DNA of 64,000 nt from an uncultured Gemmatimonadaceae bacterium. GTDB lineage: Bacteria; Gemmatimonadota; Gemmatimonadetes; Gemmatimonadales; Gemmatimonadaceae. The DNA is taken from positions 3,072,001 through 3,136,000 of the forward strand of contig OY970320.1 in NCBI GenBank assembly GCA_963716745.1. The letters run 5' to 3'. Position numbers and translations under genes: made by a program. Below the pieces are notes generated by a model that did not search any database, was not told the origin of the DNA, and worked only from the letters and a program-made list of their open reading frames with translations. Every line of letters begins with the position of its first letter. Within the stretch, counting starts at the first letter, position 1. This document shows positions 51,520-61,348 of the stretch, piece after piece.

Positions 51520-52134
51520 ATGATGCACGCCTACAGTTTCAGCGAGAACGTGCGCCGCGTGTTGGCGGAGGCTCGCGACGTGGCGTCGAGCCGGCGCCAG
51601 GAGTTCGTGATGCCGGATGACATGTTCGTGGCGCTGTCGCGCGCAACGAAATGCAGCGCGGTCCGGGTTCTCCAGGAGATGGGCGTCGATGTGCTCGGGA
51701 TCGCGGGGAAAGTGGAGGCTCGGAAGACGGTCGGTATTGCGTCACGGCCGACCGGACCCGATTTGCCCTACACGACGCGCGCGAAGACGGCGCTCGAGCT
51801 CGCGATGAAGGAGGCGGGCGAGTTGCAGCATAGCTTCGTCGGCACCGAGCATCTCCTGCTCGGCTTGATCAGCGAGGGGCAGAGCGATGCGGCAAAGGCT
51901 CTCCTTGCTGCGGGGGCGACGCTTGAGCGCACGCGCGCCGCCGTCGCGGACGCAGCGCTGCGGCGTGAGCCTGATGCACCCGGCATCGAGATCGGCGTTG
52001 GCCGGACCAGCACGGCCTCGCCGCTCAGGAGTGTCACGATCCTCGTGGAGCACGCCGATGGCCGTCTCGAGGCGGTACGCTTCGACCGCATCCAGGATGC
52101 GCTGCAGTTCTTGTTGAAGAACGCTGGATCCTGA
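51520..52134 (+). CDS. Clp protease N-terminal domain protein
   Basis: FSENVRRVL..A; LPYTTRAK.ALELAM.EA..L.HSFVGTEHLLLGL; no ATPase domain. Confidence 0.85.
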   Translation: MMHAYSFSENVRRVLAEARDVASSRRQEFVMPDDMFVALSRATKCSAVRVLQEMGVDVLGIAGKVEARKTVGIASRPTGPDLPYTTRAKTALELAMKEAGELQHSFVGTEHLLLGLISEGQSDAAKALLAAGATLERTRAAVADAALRREPDAPGIEIGVGRTSTASPLRSVTILVEHADGRLEAVRFDRIQDALQFLLKNAGS

Positions 52135-52139
52135 ATGAC

Positions 52140-52601
52140 ATGCTCCGTCTAACGCTCGCGGTACTCCACCTGCTCGCCCTCGCGATCGGGTTCCGCGCGG
52201 TGATCGCGCGGGGGGTCGCGCTCCGTGAGCGCGTGACCGCCGATTCGCTCAAACGCGCCTTCCGCGCCGACAGCGAGTGGGGGATCGCCGCGCTGCTCTG
52301 GATCTCCACCGGCCTCTGGCGCTATCTGGCCGGCACCGAAAAGATGACGAACTACTATAACAAGAACGAGCTGTTCCGTACCAAGATGGCACTGCTCGTG
52401 CTCATCCTCGCGCTCGAGATGTGGCCGATGATCACGCTCATCCGCTGGCGCATTGCGCTCGGCCGCGGCGGGGCGCCCGCCAACGTCGTTTCCGAGAGCC
52501 GGGCACGCCGGATCGGGGCGATCAGCTTCATCCAGGCGGCGCTCGTGGTGCTCATGGTGTGCGCGGCCGTAGGCATGGCGCGCGGCTTCGGAACGCACTG
52601 A
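52140..52601 (+). CDS. DUF2214 family membrane protein
   Basis: LHLLAL, AD..WGIAA, EK...YY..N..F..KM, MARGFG. Confidence 0.85.
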   Translation: MLRLTLAVLHLLALAIGFRAVIARGVALRERVTADSLKRAFRADSEWGIAALLWISTGLWRYLAGTEKMTNYYNKNELFRTKMALLVLILALEMWPMITLIRWRIALGRGGAPANVVSESRARRIGAISFIQAALVVLMVCAAVGMARGFGTH

Positions 52602-52663
52602 TGCTTGACGGAGCGGCCGCTCCGCATAACACTGCAGGCGTCCTCGCTCCCGGGAGCGCCCCC

Positions 52664-53317
52664 ATGTCCGGCCGCCTCACGATCGGTTCCACCCTGCTCA
52701 TTGCCGCAGCATCTGCCGCGTTCGCGCAAACGCCCCCCGTCACGCGCGCGCCGACCGCGTCCGCTCCGGCGACCGTGCACACGCCTCCGTCGCCGGCGTC
52801 CATCGCGCCCGCGCCTTCCGCGGTACAGCGCCAGAAGTTGCCGGATCTCACGTTCGCGTCGGTGAATGTGAACAACATGAATCACGAAGTGAGCGTGCGC
52901 ATGACGACGCCGCTGATCGTCGTCGACCACGTCTTTCCGCCTCAGTCGACCTCCGGCGCGAGGCAGCCGGCGGGCAGCCCGTGCAATCGCTCTTTCACCT
53001 TTCCCGTCGTGCTCTCGGTGCGGAACATCGGCAATGCCGACTTCGTGCCGCTCAGCTCGGCGCAGGCCGTGGGCCTGGACATTGGCACGTTCAATGCCGC
53101 GAAGGATCTCATCAAGCTCACGCCCAATCAGGCCCAGACGATGAGTTGGAGCGTGACCCTGCCGCCGGGGAACTACACGCTCAGCGCCTTCATCGACACG
53201 CACGGCCAGGTCGCGGAATCGAACGTGAACAACAACAAGCTGTCGTGGCCGCTCAAGGTGAGCTGCGAAGTCCGCTCCAGCGCGGCCGCCGCGCCGGCGC
53301 CGATCAAAAAGCCCTAG
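52664..53317 (+). CDS. Secreted CARDB-like domain protein
   Basis: Signal peptide; LPDL; VRNIGNA; PGNYTL.A.ID...QVAESN.NNN. Confidence 0.8.
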   Translation: MSGRLTIGSTLLIAAASAAFAQTPPVTRAPTASAPATVHTPPSPASIAPAPSAVQRQKLPDLTFASVNVNNMNHEVSVRMTTPLIVVDHVFPPQSTSGARQPAGSPCNRSFTFPVVLSVRNIGNADFVPLSSAQAVGLDIGTFNAAKDLIKLTPNQAQTMSWSVTLPPGNYTLSAFIDTHGQVAESNVNNNKLSWPLKVSCEVRSSAAAAPAPIKKP

Positions 53318-53378
53318 GCGCTCGGCGCTAGGCGCTAGCGGGCGCTGACGGAGTTGCCCGGACAGCTCGCGCGCCCCT

Positions 53379-53519
53379 CGATCGATGGCAGGGAGCGGCG
53401 AGGCCTCCGGCGCAGCCGCGATAGCGAAAAGCGAGAGACTCGCGGCAGTATCGCGAGGCTCGAAGCGGTTTGAGCGAAAGCGGCCTAGCCGGAGGCGTCG
53501 CCGCGACCGGCCGCGCGAT
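53379..53519 (+). repeat. Structured intergenic repeat copy G
   Basis: Consensus core between convergent genes. Confidence 0.95.
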
Positions 53520-53522
53520 AGG

Positions 53523-55054
53523 TCATCGCGCGCTCGCCGTAGAACGCGGACGAGATCCTTCTTGAGCTGCGCGAGCACCGGTTGGTGCAGATACATCATG
53601 TGCCCACTCTCGTAGTACCCGTACGTGATGTTCTTCTCGAGCGACGCGTCGATGCCCATGTGCTGCAGCGTGTACTCGGTCTCGAAAAACGGCGTCGCGA
53701 AATCGTAGTAGCCATTCGCTGAGAAGATGCGCAGGTACGGATTCTGGCTCATCACCTCGCGCAGATCCTCGCTCACGTTCGGGATCGGCCAACGATCGCC
53801 GGCCACGCGGTGGCGGTTGTCCCAGTCGTCGCCCACCTCCTTGCTCCCCTCGGGGAGATAGGGGATCCCGGGATCCCAGCGCAGGTCGCTCTTGATGTAC
53901 GACATGAACGCGGCGACGAATGCCCCCGACGTCGCCGCGTCGGCGGCGTCGTACTCAGTCGTCTCGCCGGCCGCGTCGTGATCGATGCCCATGAAGCGCG
54001 CGTCGAGCCTGCCCACGGTGCGCTCGTCGGCGCGCAGCAGCTCCTTCTGGAAGCGCTCGGGCGTGACGCGCAGGTGAGCCTTCTTGATGAACTCCACCGA
54101 CAACCCGGTGAAGTGGTGCAACTGCTCCGCCACACTATCGCGCTCGGCCGCACTCAGGTGATTGCCTTGCACGAGCGCGTGCTGGTACGCACCGATCGCG
54201 AAGGCGCGGGCTTCCACGAGGAACGGCGCCAATTCCGCCGGCTGCTGCGGCAGCTTCTTGTGGTACCACGCCGTCGCGGCCATGGTCGGGATGTTCAGCT
54301 GGTACGTGATGTCGAGGCTGTTCGGCGGGCCGCCGAAATCGACGTATGAGTTGAGCCACGACGAGATGAGCACCAAGCCGTTGAGCGTCACGCCGCGCTC
54401 CTGAAGGTGGTTCGCCAGGCCGGCCGCGCGCGTCGTGCCGTACGATTCGCCCATGAGATACTTGGGCGAGTTCCAGCGATTGAACACTGTCATGTAGCGA
54501 ATGATGAAGTCGCCGAAGGATCTAATGTCGGCGTCGGTGCCGTAGAAATCCTTGCCCGTGCCTTTGCCCACGATGCGACTGTAGCCGGTTCCCATCGCGT
54601 CGATGAACACGAGATCGCTCTTGTCGATCAGGCTCGAGCCGTTGTCGGCCAATGAGTACGGCGCGGGCGGCGTGAATTGCGGCTCGTTCGTCGCGACGCG
54701 CACCGGCGCGAACGATCCCATGTGCAGCCAGATCGTCGCCGAGCCGGGACCGCCGTTGAAGATGAACGTCACGGGCCGCGTGCGCGGATCGGCGCCGTCC
54801 TTCGTGTACGCCACGTAGAACATGCTGCCGATCGCCTGGTTCGAATCGTTCTTGATGAGCAGCGTGCCCGGACGCGCGGAGTACTTGATCACCTGGCCGT
54901 CGATGGTGATCGATCGCGGCGTGACCACGCTCGACTCGGCGGGAATCGGCTTCGCGGCGGAGTCCGCGGCGGGCTTGGCGGGGGCTTGAGCGGAAACGCT
55001 GCAGACGAACGCGGCGCTGAGAGCGCAGAGTGCGCCGAGGGAACGATGCGACAT
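53523..55054 (-). CDS. Peptidase S10 family serine carboxypeptidase (apparent indels in last ~10 codons)
   Basis: Signal peptide; FNGGPGS, GTGYS, GESYG, GYYDFATP, YESGHMMY. Confidence 0.93.
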
Positions 55055-55126
55055 GAATGAGGCTCCAGGTGACCGAGTGACTTGCAGAGTGCGTGGTAAT
55101 ATCCGCCCGGCGCACGTGCGGTCAAC

Positions 55127-55262
55127 CGCGCCGCCGGTCGCGGCGACGGGTCCGGCTAGGCCGCTTTCGCTCAAACCGCTTCGAGCCTCGCGATGGTGCC
55201 GCGAGTCTCTCGCTTTTCGCTGCCGCGGCTGCGCCGGACCCGTCGCCGCTCCCTGTCGTCGC
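55127..55262 (-). repeat. Structured intergenic repeat copy H
   Basis: Reverse complement of consensus; perfect outer stem GCGGCGACGGGTCCGGC/GCCGGACCCGTCGCCGC. Confidence 0.95.
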
Positions 55263-55361
55263 ACCAGCGTCGCGCGAAGTCGTTCAGTTTGCGTAGCGAG
55301 TCGCCGCCGAGGTGCCCGCTGTTATTTCGATGAGCGTGAAGATCAATAGTTCGCGGCCCCA

Positions 55362-55504
55362 CGATCGATGTCAGGGAGCGGTGCCGTCCCGGCAGAGGCG
55401 CCCCCGCGCGTAGCGAGAGACTCGCGCGCAGCATGCGCGAGGCTCGAAGCGTGTAAGCGCGAGGGCGCCGGCGCCGGGATGGCGCCGCGACCGGCGGCGA
55501 GATG
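55362..55504 (+). repeat. Structured intergenic repeat copy I (divergent)
   Basis: CGATCGATGTCAGGGAGCG...AGCGAGAGACTCGCG..CGCGAGGCTCGAAGCG...CGCGACCGGCGGCG. Confidence 0.88.
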
Positions 55505-55506
55505 AC

Positions 55507-57873
55507 CTACTCACCACGAAGCACGGTCATTGGATCAACGCGGCTCGACCGCCATGCGGGCACGTATGCAGCCACGAGCGCCGTGCCCATGGCGATCACC
55601 GCGCCGGCGGCGTACACGGTTGGATCCAGATGTGACACACCGTACAGGAGCGACTCGAGATAGCGCGTCGCGAAGAGCGCGCCCGCGACGCCCGCCGCGA
55701 TCCCGCCGGCGGCGGTGAGCGCGGCGCCGCGCATCACGTCGAGTCGCACGGTGTGCGCGCTGGCGCCAAGCGCCATGCGGATCCCGATCTCCTGCGTGCG
55801 CGTGGTGACGATGTAGGAGATCACGCCGTAGATGCCGATCGCGGCGAGCAGCAGCGCGATCGCGCCGAATCCGGTGAGCGCGAGCATTGCGAAGCGGCGG
55901 TCGGCGGCGCTGCGGGCGATGCGCTCCTCCAGCCGGCCGTAGAGCGCCGGCGTTCCGGGCAGGATCGTGCGCATGAGCGCGCGAATGGGCGCGACGATCG
56001 AGCCTTCCGCGTTCGAGATGCGGACCATCGCCACGACCGGCCCTTCGGCCTGCTTCGCATGCTGCGCCAGCGGCACATAGATCTCGTTCTGCGCGCCGCG
56101 CGGCGCCGTCCAGATCGACGCTTCGCTCACAACGCCCACCACGGTGAGCCACTGGTCGAACATGATGTTGCTCGAGATCGACTTGCCCACCGGATCCTCG
56201 CCGGGCCATAGCTTGGCCGCGATGCCGGGTGTGATGATCGCCACCGGGATGCTCCCCTCTCGATCCGCGTCGGTGAACGCCCGCCCGCGCAGCACCGGCT
56301 GCCGCAGCACGGAGAAGTATTCCGGACTGATGACGCGGAATCCCGCCATCGCCGGCCAATCGTGATCCGGCGGATCGCCGGGGCGCCGAACAGGTGACGA
56401 CATGGTCTCCCACGCGAGCGGAGCCCGCGTCGTATACGCGGCGCCGGTCACGCCGGGCAGCGCGCGGATGCCGGCGAGCAAGCGATCGTACTGCGCTTGC
56501 TCCCCGCTCTTCAGCGTCGCCGTGACGGTGAGAATGCCGTTCGGATCGAAGCCGCTGTCGGCCGTCATGATGTTGTGGAACGTCTCGATGAGCATCGCGG
56601 ATGCCGTGACGAGCACGATCGCGAGCGCGACTTCGAATCCGATGAGCACGCGCCACACCGGCGCACGCACCGCGAGCGAACTTGTGCGACTCCCGCGCAG
56701 CACGAGACCGGCATCCCGGTTCGCTAGGCGGAGCGCCGGATACACGCCCACGGCGAGCGTCGCCACTGCCGCCACCACGATCGCGAACGCGAGAACGCGC
56801 GTGTCCATCTCCAGCGATGCCAGGCGCGGCATGATCGCCGCTCCCTCGGCCGCGATCGCGCGAATGGCGAACGCCGACACCAGCGAGGCCAGCGCGGCGC
56901 CTGACGTCGCGATCACGAGACTCTCGGTGAGCAGCTGCCGGATCAACCGTGACCGCGACGCGCCCAGTGCCGCTCGCACTACCACCTCGCGCTCGCGCAC
57001 CCGGCCGCGGGCAAGCTGCGCGCTCACGAGATTCGTGCACGCGATGAGCAGCACGAGCGCCGCCGCACCGAACACGATCGGCGGCATCGTCCGGTAGTTC
57101 GCCACCAGATAGTCGCGCAGCGGCACGACGTCGGCGTCCACCGCCTGCGTCCCGTTGCCGAACTCGGCGAGCAGCGACTTCGAGAGCGCTGTCATGTTCG
57201 CGCGCGCGGCCCCGAGCGAAACGCCCGGGGTGAGCCGCGCGATCACGGTGTAGTTCGACGCGTTGCGCTGGTTGTCCGGGTAATGCTCGTGCGGATAGAA
57301 CACGTCCGCCGGCTGCATGAACTGGAATCCCGGCGGCATCACGCCCACCACCGGATATCGCTCTCCCGCGCCGAGCGTTCCGAGCGGGAGTCGCCCGCCC
57401 ATCTGCGTGCGCCAGAACTCGTACGACACCATGAGCGCCTGCGGCCCGCCGGGCGATTCTTCGTCGTCGGTGAATTCGCGGCCGATGGACGGCGAAACGC
57501 CGAGCGTCGCGAGGAAATGGCGCGAGATGCCGAGCATGGTGGCGTGCACCGGCTCACCATCGTTCGCGTCGGGCCACACGAATCGCGCACCGAGTCTCGT
57601 AGCGGAGGCCACGCTCTCGAAGGAGCGCGCGTTCTCTCTCCAGCTCACGAAGTTCGGATAGGACGGCGCAATGAGCTCCTGTTTCGCCGTGCGCTCGCGA
57701 ATGAACACAAGCCGGCCGGCGTCGCGATAGGGCAGGGGGCGGAGCAGCGTCGCATCGAGCACGGCGAACGCGACGGTAGCGGCCGCGATCCCGATTGTGA
57801 GCGTGCCCACGGCGAGCGCCGTGAAGCCCGGACTCTTGCGCAGCGAACGGAGTGCCCAGCGCAGGTCTTGCAT
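55507..57873 (-). CDS. ADOP-type duplicated MacB/FtsX ABC permease
   Basis: MQDLRWALRSLRKSPGF, LLIACTNL, EIGIRMALGA, RVDPM..LR.E. Confidence 0.92.
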   Translation of the reverse strand: MQDLRWALRSLRKSPGFTALAVGTLTIGIAAATVAFAVLDATLLRPLPYRDAGRLVFIRERTAKQELIAPSYPNFVSWRENARSFESVASATRLGARFVWPDANDGEPVHATMLGISRHFLATLGVSPSIGREFTDDEESPGGPQALMVSYEFWRTQMGGRLPLGTLGAGERYPVVGVMPPGFQFMQPADVFYPHEHYPDNQRNASNYTVIARLTPGVSLGAARANMTALSKSLLAEFGNGTQAVDADVVPLRDYLVANYRTMPPIVFGAAALVLLIACTNLVSAQLARGRVREREVVVRAALGASRSRLIRQLLTESLVIATSGAALASLVSAFAIRAIAAEGAAIMPRLASLEMDTRVLAFAIVVAAVATLAVGVYPALRLANRDAGLVLRGSRTSSLAVRAPVWRVLIGFEVALAIVLVTASAMLIETFHNIMTADSGFDPNGILTVTATLKSGEQAQYDRLLAGIRALPGVTGAAYTTRAPLAWETMSSPVRRPGDPPDHDWPAMAGFRVISPEYFSVLRQPVLRGRAFTDADREGSIPVAIITPGIAAKLWPGEDPVGKSISSNIMFDQWLTVVGVVSEASIWTAPRGAQNEIYVPLAQHAKQAEGPVVAMVRISNAEGSIVAPIRALMRTILPGTPALYGRLEERIARSAADRRFAMLALTGFGAIALLLAAIGIYGVISYIVTTRTQEIGIRMALGASAHTVRLDVMRGAALTAAGGIAAGVAGALFATRYLESLLYGVSHLDPTVYAAGAVIAMGTALVAAYVPAWRSSRVDPMTVLRGE

Positions 57874-57945
57874 TCGGATCTCCTGGGGAATCGTGCTCCT
57901 AGCTAGACATCGGCGCGACACACATGGTTGCCGCCGGCCCGCGGT

Positions 57946-58686
57946 TCAATCTTCCAGCGACGGCAGCGTCTTCAGCACCTCACGCGCTTCCAGCCGCGCA
58001 CCCACGACGTCATCCTTCCGCACCTTGCCGTCGCGGAACACGATCACGCGCTTCGCGAACTGCGCGATATCCTGCTCATGCGTCACCATCACGATGGTGA
58101 GCCCGGCGTCGTTCAGCCGCTGGAAGATCTCCATGATCTCCACCGACGTGTGACTGTCGAGGTTACCCGTGGGCTCGTCGGCCAGCAAGATGGACGGTTG
58201 ATTCACCAGCGCGCGCGCGATCGCAACGCGCTGTTGTTGGCCGCCCGAGAGCTGCGACGGAAAATGGTCCGAGCGGTCGGCGAGGCCCACCAACGCCAGC
58301 GCATCCGTGGCGCGTCGCTGCGCTTCCTCCTTCGGGATGGTGGAGTAGAGCGTCGGCAGCGCCGTGTTCTCGAGCGCGGTGGTGCGCGCGATCAGGTTGA
58401 ATCCCTGGAACACGAACCCCAGCTTCTGGTTCCGGATCACCGCGAGCTGGCGCTTCTCCAGGCTCGCGACGTCGGTGCCATCCAGATGGTACGTGCCGGA
58501 CGTGGGCGTATCGAGGCAGCCGAGGATGTTCATGAACGTACTCTTCCCGCTGCCGCTCGCGCCCATGATCGCGACGAAGCCGCCCGCCGCGACCTCCACG
58601 CTCACGCCGCGCAGCGCGTGCACGCGTGTTTCGCCGAGCTGATAGTACTTATGCGCGTCCTGGACGCGGATCACCGACGCCGTCAT
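57946..58686 (-). CDS. ABC transporter ATP-binding protein (MacB/LolD-like)
   Basis: [35 protein letters not shown]. Confidence 0.95.
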   Translation of the reverse strand: MTASVIRVQDAHKYYQLGETRVHALRGVSVEVAAGGFVAIMGASGSGKSTFMNILGCLDTPTSGTYHLDGTDVASLEKRQLAVIRNQKLGFVFQGFNLIARTTALENTALPTLYSTIPKEEAQRRATDALALVGLADRSDHFPSQLSGGQQQRVAIARALVNQPSILLADEPTGNLDSHTSVEIMEIFQRLNDAGLTIVMVTHEQDIAQFAKRVIVFRDGKVRKDDVVGARLEAREVLKTLPSLED

Positions 58687-58702
58687 GCCGCCCCCGCGCG
58701 CG

Positions 58703-59995
58703 TCAGCGGCGGATGACAGGAACGGCCGCGCCCTTCCCGGCGAGCGAACCGGTGACGACATCGTCACCCAGCTTGAGTTCGCCGTGCAGCACGCTCTTCA
58801 CCTCGGTGAACGCGTGGTCTGTGATGCCGAGGCTCACGCGGACGGGCTCCAGCGTGTTGTCGGCGCGGAGCTTCCAGACGATCCCCGTGTCGGTGCGCCC
58901 GTGTGCCGCCTTCGCGCTGTCGGCGGCCGTCGCGTCGGCGGGGAGTTCGCTGTCCTGCATCCCGTACTTCGCGTAGAGTGCGTGCACCTGCTCAGGAGGA
59001 TACGGCGGCTTGTAGCGGAGCGCCGCGTTCGGGAGCTTCATCGCGCCCTCGACGGTCGCGACGGGGATGTTCACGTAGGCCGTCATCCCGGGATAGAGCT
59101 TGAGCTGCGGATTCGCGAAGGCGATGATCGCATCGTAGGTCACGACGTTCTGCACGGTGGTCGCATCCATGCGCACCTGGCTCACGATGCCTTCGAAGGT
59201 AGCCTCGGGGTACGCGTCCACTTTGAACGTGACACGGTGACCGATCTGGATGCGCCCCACATCGGACTCATCGATCTTCGCATACACGAGCATCTTCGTG
59301 AGATCCTGCGCGATCGAGAAGATCGTGGGCGCCTGCAGCGACGCCGCCACGGTCTGGCCCACGTCCACGTTCCGCGCGAGCACCACGCCGTCGATCGGCG
59401 AGCGGATCACGGTGTACGCGAGGTTCGCCTTCGCAATGGTGAGCGCGGCCTGCTTCTGGTCCACCTGCGCGTTCGCCTGTGTCACCGCCGCGCGCGATGC
59501 CGAGACGGATGCCGAAGCCGCGTCCGCGTTGGAACGTGCCACCTCGACATTCTCCTTCGTGTCGAAGCCTTGTCTCTCGAGCACCACGAGCCGCTCGTAC
59601 GCCGCCTTGGTCTGCACTTGCGCCGCGGTCGCCTTCTCGACGTTCGCCTCCGCGGCGGCCACGTTCGCCTGCGCGCTCGCGAGGTCCGCGCTCGCTTGCA
59701 GCACCGCGCCCTGCAGCAGCGCGGGATCGATGATCGCGATCACGTCACCGCGCTTCACCTTGGAATTGAAATCGGCGTTGAGCTTCGCGATCGTGCCCGA
59801 CACTTGCGATCCGACTTGCACGGTGATCACGGCGCTCACGGTGCCGGTCGCATCCACGGCATCATTGATCTCGCCGCGCTCCACGCGCACGGTGAAGTAT
59901 TGCAGCGAATCGCCTCGGCGGAATGCCAGCGCGGCGATCACACCGGCCGCGACCACGACGGCCGCGCCGGTGATCCATTTGTTCCGAACGGTCAT
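58703..59995 (-). CDS. MacA-like efflux periplasmic adaptor subunit
   Basis: VQVGSQVSG.I, IRSPIDGVV..RNVDVGQTVAASLQAP, LYPGMTA. Confidence 0.92.
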   Translation of the reverse strand: MTVRNKWITGAAVVVAAGVIAALAFRRGDSLQYFTVRVERGEINDAVDATGTVSAVITVQVGSQVSGTIAKLNADFNSKVKRGDVIAIIDPALLQGAVLQASADLASAQANVAAAEANVEKATAAQVQTKAAYERLVVLERQGFDTKENVEVARSNADAASASVSASRAAVTQANAQVDQKQAALTIAKANLAYTVIRSPIDGVVLARNVDVGQTVAASLQAPTIFSIAQDLTKMLVYAKIDESDVGRIQIGHRVTFKVDAYPEATFEGIVSQVRMDATTVQNVVTYDAIIAFANPQLKLYPGMTAYVNIPVATVEGAMKLPNAALRYKPPYPPEQVHALYAKYGMQDSELPADATAADSAKAAHGRTDTGIVWKLRADNTLEPVRVSLGITDHAFTEVKSVLHGELKLGDDVVTGSLAGKGAAVPVIRR

Positions 59996-60027
59996 GACGA
60001 GTCTGTCTCCCTAGTTGCGAATATGTC

Positions 60028-61245
60028 TCATTCGAAGCGAAGCGCTTCGATCGGATCGAGCAACGACGCTTTGCGCGCCGGATAGTAGCCGAAGAACACG
60101 CCCACGCCCACCGAGAACAGCGCCGCCAGCACCACGGCTTTGAGGGACATCTGCATCGGCCAGCCGAGGGTGCTGCCGATCACGAGCGACGCCACGACGC
60201 CCAGCAGCACGCCGGCGCCGCCGCCCACAAGGCTCAGCATCACGGATTCGCCGAGGAATTGCACCTGGATCGCTTCCTCGGTCGCGCCCACGGCCACGCG
60301 CACGCCGATCTCGCGCGTGCGCTCGGTGACGGACACGAGCATCACGTTCATGATCCCGATCCCGCCCACCAGCAGCGAGATCGACGCGATCGCCACGAGC
60401 AGGATGGTCATCGTGCGGCTCGCTTCGAGCTGGGCCTGGATGATGTCCTCGGGATTCCGGATGTTGAAATCATCGGGCGAGTCCGGCCGCAGGTGGTGCC
60501 GGTCGCGCAGCAGCGCCCCCGCCTGTTTGCCCGCCAGCTTCACCGCGTCCGGTGACACCGCGGAGCAGAGGATGTCATCGAGCCACGGCGCGCCCTTGAT
60601 CTTCTTCATGACGGTCGTGTACGGCATGATGATCGTGTCATCCTGGTCCTGCCCCGAAACGGACAGCCCTTTCGGATGCAGCACGCCGATGATGCGGCAG
60701 GGCAGCCCCTTCACGCGTGCGATCTGCCCGATCGGATTGTCGGGGCCGAACAACTGCTCGCGCACGGTGCGCCCGATCACGCACACATCCGCGGCGTGGT
60801 CGACATCATCCTGCGTGAACATCGTGCCTTCATCGATGGTCCAGCGCTTGATGTCGAAGTATTCCGGCGAAACGCCCCGGTACCCGGTGTACCAGTTCTG
60901 ATTGGCGTAGATGATCTGCGTGGAGCCGTCCACGTTGGGCGAGACGCTCTTGATGAGAGGAACCTGGTCCTTGATCGCGAGCATGTCGCCGAGCGTGAGC
61001 GTGGGCGTCGCGTGCGTGCCGGTGCGCACGCCGTTCACGGCGCGGCCGCCTGCCTCGATCCACACGAGGTTGTCGCCCAGGTTGTTCATCTGCTGCTCGA
61101 CCCGCACCTGTCCGGCGTTGCCGATCGCGACGACGCAGATCACCGCTGCGATGCCGATCATGATGCCCAGCACGGTGAGCAGGCTCCGCATCTTGTTCCG
61201 CAGCAGCGCCCAGACGGACGACGCGAGCAGTGCGCGATGATTCAT
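60028..61245 (-). CDS. MacB-like ABC permease
   Basis: RNKMRSLLT.LGI.IG, GGIGIMNVMLVSVTERTREIG, DPIEALRFE. Confidence 0.95.
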   Translation of the reverse strand: MNHRALLASSVWALLRNKMRSLLTVLGIMIGIAAVICVVAIGNAGQVRVEQQMNNLGDNLVWIEAGGRAVNGVRTGTHATPTLTLGDMLAIKDQVPLIKSVSPNVDGSTQIIYANQNWYTGYRGVSPEYFDIKRWTIDEGTMFTQDDVDHAADVCVIGRTVREQLFGPDNPIGQIARVKGLPCRIIGVLHPKGLSVSGQDQDDTIIMPYTTVMKKIKGAPWLDDILCSAVSPDAVKLAGKQAGALLRDRHHLRPDSPDDFNIRNPEDIIQAQLEASRTMTILLVAIASISLLVGGIGIMNVMLVSVTERTREIGVRVAVGATEEAIQVQFLGESVMLSLVGGGAGVLLGVVASLVIGSTLGWPMQMSLKAVVLAALFSVGVGVFFGYYPARKASLLDPIEALRFE

Positions 61246-61348
61246 TGGGCTTCCACTGAGAGAATGCCGCCCACGGGCGACGCGACCTCATCATACGCGA
61301 TCGACATTCGTTTCGCTGGCTGCATTCCCGCGACGATCCCTTGCCGCA

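Noticed and set aside
52355..55264. 969-aa extended S10 peptidase
   Set aside because: Read-through across repeat G and antisense to the CARDB gene caused by terminal indels; the real gene is about 53523-55054
38091..55504. CRISPR array or integron attC interpretation of the 140-bp repeats
   Set aside because: Copies are too long, dispersed and in both orientations, with no regular spacers, no cas or intI gene and no RYYYAAC...GTTRRRY ends
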